Assembly (NCBI RefSeq): GCF_006345805.1
Contig: NC_043006.1
Span: 87,234,001 to 87,298,000, forward strand
DNA: 64,000 nt
DNA from: Octopus sinensis
Taxonomy: Eukaryota
Direction of reading: 5' to 3'
A program made the translations under genes and the position numbers. The notes beneath the pieces were generated by a model. The model did no database searches. It was given only the letters and a program-made list of their open reading frames with translations, and was not told the DNA's origin. This document shows, piece after piece, positions 51,499-63,749 of the stretch; position 1 is the stretch's first letter; the number at the start of each line of letters is the position of its first letter.

Positions 51499-51561
51499 AG
51501 ATAAAACTCTGAGTTTCAGATGCCGAAGTGGAAATCCACAACACCATCTCTTCGGTTATCT
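51499..51561 (-). ncRNA. hammerhead variant (U4C core, GUU triplet)
   Basis: agataa CCGAAGA gatg [gtgttgtggatttccacttcgg] catc t GAAA ctc a gag TT ttatct. Confidence 0.7.
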
Positions 51562-51753
51562 GGCTATTTGAAAACGTTATGAAAAAATACCGTTAAATAA
51601 AGGGAAATTACTCTGTTATAACTCTGCTTGCCTTCGTACTTATACATCGCTCGCATTTTTCGTCATAAAAATTATATAAAAATACATAAAAAATATATAA
51701 AAATATATAAAAATATATAAATTCTTCTTGGGACATAACATAGAAAGCATGTT

Positions 51754-52323
51754 CTATCTGTTTTCTTTAGGGGACCAAAAACGTAACAGAAATTTAGTCA
51801 CATGTGGGCATGATCCGAAAAGCTCTGTCCTTGTATTTAGACATGTAGTAGGGTCTAAGCTGCTTTTCCAGATAAGCCATCTCTCCATGTCGCATAGACC
51901 GCACCTTCCGCTGCCGTTAGTATAGGGCTTACATCTGGCCAAAATCTTCCATTGTATGTTATAATCAACACCTTTATCTCTTAAAGACCAAATATGATTA
52001 GACAATTGTGTCGCTTTTCTTTATTCCAGTGCCTAAAGCTCAAAGTGTGGTTATTGAACCTGGCCTTGAAATTACCCTCTGTAAGGCCCACGTATTTCTT
52101 CGTTGAAACGGTGTCTTTAGTGGTTATAGAGTTTACGGTAGCTTCATATATGATGATCTTGGACATGCAAGCTCCATTTAGCGGGCACAATTCTTTATTC
52201 CTGCATGAACAGCTGTTTTCTTCTTGTGTTTTTTGTATGTTATGTTTGATTATGTTTTTAAAATTGGTAGTTGAACTAAAACTAATTTTTAAATTGTGTC
52301 TATTGAAGAGTTTCCTATAAGTA
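51754..52323 (-). pseudogene. Penelope GIY-YIG endonuclease domain (one frameshift)
   Basis: KLFNRHNLKISFS, CSCRNKELCPLNGAC..IIYEATV, KYVGLTEGNFKARFNNHTLSF, LSNHIWSLRD, CGLCDME, LNTRTELFGSCPH. Confidence 0.92.
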
Positions 52324-52550
52324 TGGTCCCCTAAAGAAAACAGATAGAACATGCTTTCTATGTTATGTCCCAAGAAGAATTTATATATTTTTATATATTT
52401 TTATATATTTTTTATATATTTTTTATGTATTTTTATATAATTTTTATGACGAAAAATGCGAGCGATGTATAAGTACGCAGGCAAGCAGAGTTATAACAGA
52501 GTAATCTCCCTTTATTTAACGGTATTTTTTCATAACGTTTTCAAATAGCC

Positions 52551-52613
52551 AGATAACCGAAGAGATGGTGTTGTGGATTTCCACTTCGGCATCTGAAACT
52601 CAGAGTTTTATCT
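52551..52613 (+). ncRNA. hammerhead variant, identical partner copy
   Basis: Same motif as 51499-51561 on the plus strand. Confidence 0.7.
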
Positions 52614-52690
52614 TGACTACCGAGTAATGTAACATATTGTATAGATATATATACATATATATATTTATATGTATGCGTGTGCTTATATAT

Positions 52691-52812
52691 ACAAATAAAA
52701 TCATATAAGTATATAACTTTTCATTATTTATCAGATTACTTTATATATATATGTATATATAAAGTAATCTGATAAATAACGAAAAGTTATATACTTAAAT
52801 GATTTTATTTGT
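52691..52812. repeat. short near-perfect hairpin with a (TA)n centre
   Basis: acaaataaaatcatataagtatataacttttcattatttatcagattacttta pairs with taaagtaatctgataaataacgaaaagttatatacttaaatgattttatttgt (2 mismatches). Confidence 0.9.
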
Positions 52813-52875
52813 TTATGTTTCACAAAGCTTAACCAAACTCTCACATGAATTACTTTACTCTTTAATCTCCAATTC

Positions 52876-52938
<63 letters not shown>

Positions 52939-53422
52939 CAGGGAAAGCAGATAGCCTGAGAGACATGCAGGCCAAACAGAGAGACTGACAGATGGCAGCT
53001 TTGTTTTTATGAATGGACCTCTATGAAACAGTTACCTCTATGAAACATTTAATCAGTTACCTTTATTCCAGAAACTTTTTGTGCAGAACTATGTCTATTT
53101 AACAACAACAATACTGATAGTACAAAGCTAAACAAATTTGTCAAACCTACTCATTTCATGAATCTAATGAAAACAGTGTTTAGATATATATTATCACCAC
53201 TCTTACGTTGCCAAGATAACATGTCTTCTAATTCTCCTATTTATGGAAGCTGCATCATGAATATCTGATTGTAAAAGTTTAAATGCTATTTCTTTCTTGG
53301 ATACTGATTTCATTGTTTAAATGAATTCACTTGCCTACACTCTTTGTCACTCTCTTATCTATTAATTTATGTACCTATAACTATTTTTGTATCATTATTA
53401 TTGCTTTTGTTGTTGTTGCTAC

Positions 53423-53456
<34 letters not shown>

Positions 53457-53578
53457 GTGATTTAACATTTTATTATATACTGCTTTGATTTTAATTTCCA
53501 AGAAATCATTATTTACTTATTGGCAATTTATGTTATTTTTCTGTGTTTTTACTCAGAAACAATTGTCAACTGCACAGT

Positions 53579-53631
<53 letters not shown>

Positions 53632-54152
53632 ACACACACACACACAGATGCACATGTCTGTATAGGTGCTTTGCATGTCTGTATGACTAAGGGAGATAAA
53701 TATCTGAATTAAAACTAGAAATACCAGGTGGCAAATTAAGTTTACAGCTACAAGATATTTTTATAGATATGAACTAATTTATCACCTACTTTAATCTGCT
53801 GCAGCATTCTTAGCTAATGCTCTTCAGTGTGCAGTGTTTAAGAGTTTAATTAATTCATTAATAAGCAAACATTGTTCAAAGAATACATTTGCATATATTA
53901 AATATAAACGTGGGAACGATGCTGTTGCATCTTAACAACTAGCATTGTATAAGCTGAGCAGACAAGACATTTTCAGAAATTTTCAGAGCTGAAAGCATAT
54001 TTGCACCGAGTTCTGAACATGTCGGTCCAATGTGCAAGAGACTGTTTCTGTGGACTTTCCTGTTGCTCTTGAACACATCTAACTCCTTGAACTGATGAGC
54101 AATGTTATAGCTTTTATCCCATTACTAGGCAAACAAGAAACATTTAGAGATT

Positions 54153-54570
54153 ACTCTTTACTCTCTTTTACTTGCTTCAGTCGTTTGACTGTGGTCATGC
54201 TGGAGCACCACCTTTTAGTGGAGCAAATCGATCCCAGGACTTATTCTTTGTAAGCCTAGTACTTATTCTATCTGTCTCTTTTGCCGAACCGCTAAGTTAC
54301 GGTGACGTAAACACACCAGCATCAGTTGTCAAGCGATGTTGGGGGGACAAACACAGACACACAAACATATACACACACACATACATATACATATACATAC
54401 ATATATACGACAGGCTTCTTTCAGTTTCCGTCTACCAAATCCACTCGCAAGGCTTTGGTCGGCCCGAGGCTATAGTAGAAGACACTTGCCCAAGGTGCCA
54501 CGCAGTGGGACTGAACCCAGAACCATGTGGTTCGTAAGCAAGCTACTTACCACACAGCCACTCCTATGCC
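54153..54570 (-). mobile_element. SINE family B, full length, young
   Basis: Complete reverse-complement copy including the tRNA head. Confidence 0.92.
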
Positions 54571-56764
54571 TACAAGACAAAAAAAAAAGAATGAATTCCT
54601 AATAGTACTTGCTTATTTTCTCTTTTTCTTTCACACTAATTTTTATATTTCCAAATTTATTTTTTAAAATATAAGAACATTGGGGCAGTGGATTAGCAGT
54701 ATTGGTTTTGAGTCCAAATTCTGGGGTGTCTTTGCCTTCAGAAATTGCTAAAATACTGGAGAGAAAAAGTGTTACAACCCTAACCACTCAGGTTGACTGT
54801 ATCTTAGACTACATTATCCAATGTATCATTTATTTATTTTGTCACTTATAAGTTGGAAGGATGCTGTTTAAAAGAAATTTCTGTCCATAATTTCTATCCA
54901 TTTGGACAACCATGCAGAAACTCTTTTTAGCTACTAGTGTTTGCAATACTAAAACTACTCCTGACAATTATGACAATGATGACGATGATGATGTAAGATA
55001 TTCAACTGTAGCAAGTTAGATATTGAATTTAAGTTTTGTAAGACAACCCGGCAATTTACTTGTCAATTTCCAGTCAATTCAGCTTTCTGCTTCCACATCT
55101 CAAATGATAGTTCCTCATCCTCATGTCAGTTAACCTTGACTGAATCCCGGAGAATGACATTCACTTGATCAATAAACCTTTTTCTCATTGACAAACTCCT
55201 ATTTCCTATTCTAAAAATTTGTCATGCCCTCCTGTCCCAAACAAATAGATCCCTGATTTCCTGAATTGGCTTGTTGCACCTGAACTTCACACACACACAA
55301 ACAAAAATTGCTTTACTGCATCCATTTCATTACATTATGCCATTTTTTCTCCACCAGAACATGTGCTCCAGATTTTTTTTCTTATTTTTGTTTTTGGTTT
55401 ATCTTATACTAATGCCCACTGTTTCTAAAATAAAAATAATTTCTTCATCACAAAGCCAAATGATTATTGTTATACGGGTTCATCCTTTCTATACAGATGA
55501 TTAAACAATTGTGGAAAGAGGAAAAAAACTACAGGTAGTAACTTCCACTTGTATTTTTACACCAATTTCTCCTCGTAATTACAACAAAACTATACTATTT
55601 CCTGAATGCTAACTACTCAAAAATATTCTCAACCTATTACATATATCTTTTACACTCTACTACCTGAATTTTATCTTCTTTGAAACTTAGCATTAAAATA
55701 TACTTTATTCATTGAATTGTTGCAGATTATATGATGTGATTATTGGCAACCTCATATACAAATTATTATGCATTCTCTAGACATTGCCCCAAAGCTACTT
55801 CGACCTTAGAAACCTGGTTCCTCACAACAAAATGTAAAACTCACTGTCTTCCTCGAGCAAATATAAACATATGACATACACACAGAATACAAATTTTAAG
55901 TATGACATATAAATAATTCACAACATTTAAAATGTATATATAAGATTACAGAAAGTGCATTGATTAACATTTGAAACAATAGAAAGAAACAACAATAATG
56001 ATGTAGAAGCAACACATTACACCTATGGTGGATCATGTCAGATCTACCTGGGCTTTAATCTTCACACAATAAACCACAATTAAATTTAAAGAATGCAAAA
56101 AAATGCACTGCACATTATAATAAGTTTTATGGAGATCACATCTAGAGATCATCTATAAGACAAAGCAAAAATACCAACTGTATACACAAGATGCATAGTT
56201 TGTTGTCACAGCAAGTTCAACCACAATTGTCCTTTCCACTACATGCCCCCCCCCCACCAAAACAAAACAAAACAAAAAAAAAACCACTTAGACATACAAC
56301 ACATCAAGGAACTATTACATTATCATCCTAATATGCTTTTCTATTTTCCTGGACATGTATAAGGAACACACACACACACACACAGAAATAACCTCATTGT
56401 CTAAACACTCTTCAGTGATATACCAACCACTCAACTCACCAACCATCCAACCAACCAACCAGAGGAACAGCAAGGCGGAACACTGGTCAGTGTCAGAGGA
56501 ATGAAAGATATGGTCAGAGAACCATATCTAACTAGTCTGCCTTCTCTGAGCACCAGAATCTACAGTTGTTCACACAGAAAATGGAGTACAATATATCCAT
56601 TTTATCACATGACATCCTTTGAGATTAATGATTATTCCGTATGCAATATGGCCATCAAATGATTAGTTGCATAATATCAGAGTGCACACTCAGAGCTAAC
56701 TTCAGTCTGCACATCAACAAGTACTCCGCCATAGTATGTCCATAAAGAAAACATATGGTTATGT

Positions 56765-57485
56765 TTGGAATGAGAGTGAAAGGTAAATTGTATAATGCTT
56801 GTGTGCAAGCAGCCATGCTACACAGCAGTGAAACTTGGGCCGTGGCTGCTGAGGACAAGTGTAAGCTTGTAAGAAACAAAGCTAGTATGCTCCACTGAAT
56901 GTGTAATGCCAGTGTCTATACACGACAGAGTGTAAGCACCCTGAGAGAAACTGTGGACATAAGAAGCATCAGATATGGTATGCAAGTGAGACGTCTGCAC
57001 TGGTATGGTCATGTATTGCATATGGATGAGGACAGCTGTGTGAAAAAGTGTCACACCCTAGCAGTAGAGGGAACCTGAAGAAAAGGTAGACCCAGACAGA
57101 CCTGCATGAGGTGGTGAAGCACGACCATCAAATTTTGGGCCTCACAGAGGTGATGACGAGCGACTGAGACCCTTAGAGATATGCTGTGCTTGAGAAGACC
57201 TGACAAGCCAAGTGAGACTGTAACCATAGCCTATGCTAGTGTAGCATAAGTGGCCCATTTAAGAGTACACTTCAATCATTGGGCAATAAACTGCACTCTT
57301 GAAGATCTGTTGAGTCAAGTGAAGTCATTGTTGTGGCCAATGCCAGTACCGCCTGACTGGTACTCAGGCTGGTGGCATGCAAAAAGCACTATCTGAGCAT
57401 GGTCACTACCAGTGCTGCCTGACTGGCTCCCATGCAGGTGGCATGTAAAAAGCACCATTCGAGCATGGTCATTACTAGTGCCATT
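56765..57485 (+). mobile_element. RTE RT C-terminal + 3' UTR fragment
   Basis: RVKGKLYNACVQAAMLHSSETWAV, LHWYGHVLHMDEDSCVKKC; ggtggcatg.aaaaagcac repeats. Confidence 0.88.
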
Positions 57486-60400
57486 ACTAATTCTATAGAA
57501 ACAATACTGATCTTAATTACACTGAGATAAAGTGGGGGTGGGGGAGAAAGAGACAAATAGAGAGAGAGACAGAGACAGACAGACAAACACTATCATCTTT
57601 CCACTATATGGGTACCATATATGAAATTTGTAGACTAATCGAAAACCGTTTTATGAAACAGTTGCCTTTTAAGGTGTTTTAAAGTTTCTTTCAGAATCAT
57701 GACTATTATCATTTTCCAACAGTATTCACATGTGTAGGCATCTAGGTTACACACCGTAGCTCTCAACTACTACACTTTGATACTCTTACAAATCATCATT
57801 GGTTGAGACTCAACATGTCCTTGTTTTTCAAATAGAACAGATAACACCAGGGGTAGCATAACAGTATCTCAACTTTACTTTTCTAACAACCCATACCAAA
57901 ATCAAAGCATAACTCATTAAGCTAATGGAAAATAAAACTTCTCAGACACCACTTGATTTGATGAATTAATAAAAGTGAATGGTTTTCTGAGCAGGGAATT
58001 GACTTATGACAAAAAGTGACCAATTAAAAATAGTTTTTTACCATTATATACCAAGACATAGCAAATCCTGATGATAATTGTTTTGATATTGCTATAATGA
58101 TGGCGTATGATGAGAATGTTATGAAGTTCTTAAGACAATATAATGTTGTTATGATGAGTTTATTATGTTGATAATAAGACAAATATTTTATGGTGATGAT
58201 GATAATACTGTGATGATGGTGTTATGATGATTATGCTTTGATGAAGTTGTTATAACACTGTCATCATAACACCAAAGCATACTCATCACAATAATAGTGG
58301 TATCAATGAAGATGGTGCAAACAATATAAACAGAATTTATATTCAAATGATTTGAACTAAATTTTCTTTTATGTGAATATATATATATTTTAATGTTCAT
58401 GTGTGTATATGTGAATGGCTTGGTGTATATATGTACATGTATGTGTGTGTTTGATCTCAATTTTTTTTTTCTTTTCTGTTAAATCAATATACTTGTATAA
58501 CCATGGTTAGTCCTTCACTTTGACAAACAATCTGATGTAGTAGAAAATATTTGTTCAGAGGGTCAAATTTAATTCCACATAGCCTCAGCTGCAAGCTTTG
58601 CAATAATTGCTATGTTGACTTTAAATAATTGCAATATCTGGAAATATTTGCACCTCCAGTCACCAGTAACTCACTGCTTCTTATTAAAAAACCAATTGCG
58701 ACTTAAAATATTTGAAAAGAAGAAATATTCATTTTTTTCCTACTTTTTACTTGAAATATTTTTTACTACATTTTATCATTTTCTTTTATTTTTACTAATT
58801 TTACATGAAATTTATTTCTAATCTAGATTGGAATATTTAGATTAATTTTTATTCACTCTTTTATATCTCTCTTCCCATGATAGCATCAGTAGGATGGGTT
58901 TTAATAATTTCCATATTTGCATATTATGGCATCAATTACTTTTACAGATGGATGCCCATCCTGGTGGACATTACTAAAATCTGAAGAAGACTAAGCAGAG
59001 TAGAAAGCAAACCCTGTTAACATCCATACCATTTGAAACATGCAGAGTAGAGGTGGGACACATGAAGACTATGAGGCTCTTACGTTTGGCCTTCTGGATA
59101 GAAATTAGAATTCTGACATTAATATCCCATTTCTTTTATTACATAGTATATACATATGTACATATGTGTATTTGCATGTGTGCGTGTGTGTGTGATTTTG
59201 CATATTTTAGTTTGACCAACTCCACTGCTTAACTACTGGTGTTGGTTTGTTTACATTCCCATAACTTATTGGTTAAGAAAAAAAAACTGATGTAATAAGT
59301 ACCAGACTTTGAAATTAGTACTGAGATTGAGTTATTTCAACTAAACATTTTAAGGTAGTATTCCATCATGGCTGCAGGTACAATGACTGAATCACATAAC
59401 AGAATGAATGAAAGAATTTAGTTTGTAATACATTAGTATCTTCAGTTCAAAGTTATTTTCCAAGGAACCCTCAATGAGTTCCTAGTTCTAAACTGTTTTA
59501 CATGCAGGGCTGGCTATGACTGGTCGTAGCTTTAAATCATCTGGAGCCACTAGTAACATATATTTGTTTGTCAAGGATTCACAAGCCTCACTTATAGACA
59601 TGCATTTGTGTATTTTCAGTAAACCATAAAACAAAATGCTTATTTTGTATTTGAAGTGACTTATGTAGTTGATTCCCTTGCTAGTTAGACCTTTGTGGTA
59701 CTTCTTTAGTAAAGTTCAGAGATTTTCCATTATTTTTGATTGCTTGTAAATTGTCTTTCTTTTACTGTTATTTATGTCATTCCACGTTGTCTAATGTTAC
59801 AAGGGTGATAGCTACCTTTATAGCATGTACGGAAAAATGCACAATTTTTCATAGTGTCTTTTAAAAGATAATTTTGTTTATTGTTTATAATTTATATGCA
59901 AAGGTGATATATTTTCAGTTTATTAATTTACACATTCATATCTCAAAGCCTATTATTATTGTTGATGTTGTTGATGCTATTGTTATTGCTGCTGCTGTGA
60001 TTGTGGCTAACATGCAGCTTATATTTTTAAAAATTCATACCCAAGTAGGCGACAAAGACTAAAAAGCCTGTACAGGTGTATCTGTTGTACCCCTTCCAAC
60101 CTCTTTGCCCCCAGTATCCTTATAAAACTTTCTGCCCTCACCCCACTTCAAGAAACTTTATGCTAGAGTAAATGTTCCCAATATTTTATCCTTTTTTCTG
60201 CTGGATGCATAAACTTATCAAATAACAGTAATGGAACAAAAGTAAGTCACTTACACAGTAAACCATTCTGTCGTAATAAGGTGGGGCAAATAAAGTTGTT
60301 TAGTTCTGGCTAATATTTTTTATAGAATTATGAAATTTATTTCTAATCATAAATACAATATTTTGATATATTTGACTCTCTTTTATAGTTATTTATTTTC

Positions 60401-60635
60401 TCATGGTGTGTGTGTGTGTGGGGGGGAGTGTATTTGTGTCATTGCTTGTGGGTATGTACTAGCTATTGTAAGTTGTTGCTCCTATGAGTTAGCTATAGTG
60501 ACTAAATTGCTTACAAATTAAGCCCCATTGTCTTAAGAAATGAACAATACATTGAATAGCAAAGTGCTATACACATCAGTAGGAACATCTACTAACATAG
60601 GACTATTATATCAGAGTAGGAGTACTAGAGGTAGA

Positions 60636-60945
60636 GGCGCAATGGTCCAGTGGTTAGGGTAGCGGATGCGCAGTCAGAGGATCGCAGTTTCAATTCCCAA
60701 ACAAGGCATTGTGTGTGTTTATTGAGCGAAAACACCTAAAAGCTCCACATGGCTCCAGAAGTGGATGGTGGCGCCCCCTGTTGTACTCTTTTGCGACAAC
60801 TTTCTCTCACTCTCTCTTTATTTTTCTTGAGTAACACTGCGATGGACTGGCGTCCCGTCCAGCTAGGGGGAGTACATATGCCACAGAAACTGAGAAACCA
60901 GGCTCATGAGCCTGGCTAGGCTTGAAAAGGGTGAGAAAAAAAGAA
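60636..60945 (+). mobile_element. SINE family C
   Basis: ggcgcaatggtccagtggttagggtagcgg...tttattgagcgaaaacacctaaaagc; aggagtactaga occurs on both flanks (TSD-like). Confidence 0.85.
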
Positions 60946-62227
60946 AAGGAGTACTAGAACTGAAGTAAAAACAACAGCATACATTGAATTGTAGCTTTTT
61001 TTTACCTTTTCTTTCTTCTAATATATCTTTATCTCTATATGTTTCCTAGAGAAGGTACTTTTTAGTGTATATTTATCTAAAGAAATATGGGTATCAATAG
61101 CCTATCTTCCTTATCACTGAGGATAAATGCTATAAGTATCTTAGAATTGGCATGATTATTGCATATATTAATGTCATTATAATGCTAGAGTGACATATGT
61201 ATGTATATGTAAATGTGCATGTATGTATATCTATGCATATGGATGTGTGCATATGAATAGGCATGTGTATGTATGGATGGAGGTGTGTTTGTGTTTTAAT
61301 TTGTTGATTTTAGTATCTTTCTGTCTGTGTTTATGTAATTAAATTATTTTAATTTCAATATTTAAATTTGGTTATAACCATGCATGTTTGTTTGAAAGAG
61401 AAAGAGAGATTGTGTGTATGTGTGTGTGTGTGTGTACAAGTGTGTGCATGCGAGTGTGAGTGTGTGAATGCAATATGAGCATCCATGTGAATATATGTGC
61501 GTGTGTGTAAATGTAGCAATGCGTGTGTATGTATGCTTTACAATTATCAATTTGTCTCTGTTGTGGTGGTTGTGATGCAGCTTTATAAATTTCAATAACT
61601 TTCTTTACATGTGCATCAATGTACATACGCATACACAACTGTCTCTCTACTCACACACACATGTGTGTGTATGTGTGTGTGAGGATGCATTAGCTCGTGT
61701 ATGTGTCTTTATCTTGAGAATGGTGTTAGCTGGTGTGCATGTGTTTGAGTATGTGCAATTAAATGTTTAATAAATATTTACAAATTCCTAACTCATTTAA
61801 CTTTAAATGGATGGTTTATTTTTGCTTCACTCTCTGCCCTTCTCTCCTTCCTTTCTTACTTTCTCTCATTTCTTCAGCTTCTTTCTCTACCCTTTCTCTC
61901 CTTCAATTTCTCCCCCCTCTCTCTCCTCCTTCTTTGGTTTCTCTCTCTTTCCTCCAATTTTCTTTTATTTTCCTAATTTCTCATCTCCCATTTCATTTCA
62001 TTTCCTTTCTATCATTCTTTCTTTGTCCTTTTTGTTTTACCCCCCCCCCCACACACACACCAATACATACATTTTCTAAGAAGAATTTTTTTTTTACTAT
62101 CTTGATTCTAATTTGATATTTTTAAAAGTTTAGATTAATAATAATTAATGCTCCATGTATATGGAGACAGAATACCAAAACTGTCATTCTGAGATAATCT
62201 CATACATGTTTCCCCAAACTAAATGAA

Positions 62228-62398
62228 GTGAGACAATGTAGACTGTTGATCTATCACAAGTAACATTCCCTGATGATCTGGTACTTATTACTGTTACCCA
62301 GGTGAGATGAGACAATGTAGACTTTTGATTTGTCACAAGTAACATTCCTGACTGCTCTGGTAACTATTACTGACAACTAAGTGAGATGAGACATTGTG
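62228..62398. repeat. ~79-bp tandem repeat (2.2 units)
   Basis: tgagacaatgtagact.ttgat...tcacaagtaacattcc is repeated. Confidence 0.8.
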
Positions 62399-63199
62399 GA
62401 ATAAAGAATTTTTCTATCAGACATAACAAAAAGCCTACAGAGAATTAACCAACATAGGATAACTCTTAAACTGTTGGTTATCCAATGAAGCCTCTAAATA
62501 CTGTGGCAGAATGCATTGCTTGTTATAAGACTAAATCAGTTAGTTCATTTAGTACTCTAGTAACTTATCTATCCATTCATCCCTTCATGTGCAGCACTGA
62601 TACAAAGTTTCTCTGCTCTACTAAACCAACAAGTATTGAAAATTTGCTAAATAGTATTAATTTCAAACAATAAGACAAAGCCAGAAATTTTGGGGAAAGA
62701 CACATTACTTAAAACTATCCCAATACTCAACTGGTATCATTTTAAAAATCAAACTTAGTAGAATGAAAGATAAAGTTTATCTCAGCAAGATTTGATCTGA
62801 GAGACTACCTGCAGGTCTTAGTTCAATCTTCTGGTTTACCAGTTCTTGTCAAACTGCTCATCATAAGTCAGGAAGGAAAATAGACATTAAAAGATGATGA
62901 GGATGAAGATGATAAACATCTTCTTTGCATGAATGAGGTGGTGGTGGTGGTGGTGGGTGGGGGAAACAGATTCTTAAAAGAGCACACTGACAGAGAAGAG
63001 AAATGGGGGTTAGGTGGGCAAGAAGATTTCCTCTTTACACAAGGCATTCAACCCAAGTGTACACATTTACTTTACATAAATTTAATTAACATTTCTTTTC
63101 TTATTTCAGAAATTTAATACTCTCAACATTGAAGGTAGTATTGAAGCTAATTTATACTTGAAATTTAATATACTTGAAGCTAGTATTTAAGCTAGTATG

Positions 63200-63745
63200 A
63201 GTGGAATAAGTAAAGCAATTGAAGGTTTATTCAGGAATGGGAAACCCCTAGCAAGATTTTCAAGATTTAGAAACCCACTGTCAGCAGATCAGGAATCTAC
63301 AAAGTAGTCAAACAAATAAAAGAGACTGGTTCTCGCTTACCAAGTGTGAGAACTACTCCATCTTGACCAGTGAGAATGCAAAAACTCACTAAAATCACCA
63401 AAGAAAAGATCAGGCATAACACAAAAAGAAGTATCAGAAAACTCGCTTGGTGTACAAGTGTGCCACAATCCACAAAATGATCATATATATGGAGTAAATA
63501 AAGAGGAACTTCCTGTCAAACAAAGATTATCCTTTTGGTCACAGAAACCTGAATCCATAATGGTGTGGGCAGGTGTGACCTCAAATGACATGTAAATCCC
63601 TCTAATCTTCATTGAAGAGGGTGTAAAAATCACCCAGCATATTTATTTGGACATATTAAAGAATAAAGTAGTACCTTGGGTTATTGCAATAATAGGGGAC
63701 AAAGGTGTAACTCACCAAGAAGACGGTGCAACATTTCATAAGTCA
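63200..63745 (+). mobile_element. decayed maT/DD37D-like transposase fragment
   Basis: IMVWAGVTS..IPLIFIEEGVKITQHIYLDILKNKVVPWV, QEDGATFH; interrupted by the SINE at 63750. Confidence 0.75.
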
Positions 63746-63749
63746 GAGA

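Larger units (their letters stand above)
51401..52647 (-). mobile_element. young truncated Penelope-like element with ~313-bp inverted arms (51465-51777 / 52324-52647)
   Basis: Arms are almost identical and enclose a GIY-YIG fragment; HHR motif in each arm; (TA)n flanks. Confidence 0.92.

Noticed and set aside
53930-55280. Coding-looking minus-strand stretches (~53930-54125 and ~55050-55280; also 41520-41830, 50760-50920, 59030-59095)
   Set aside because: In-frame stops or lack of paired splice sites, and no recognisable motif.
62262-62320. CTGATGA with tctgg/ccagg stem in the 79-bp tandem repeat as a satellite hammerhead
   Set aside because: No GAAA or palindromic stem III, and the second unit lacks the core.
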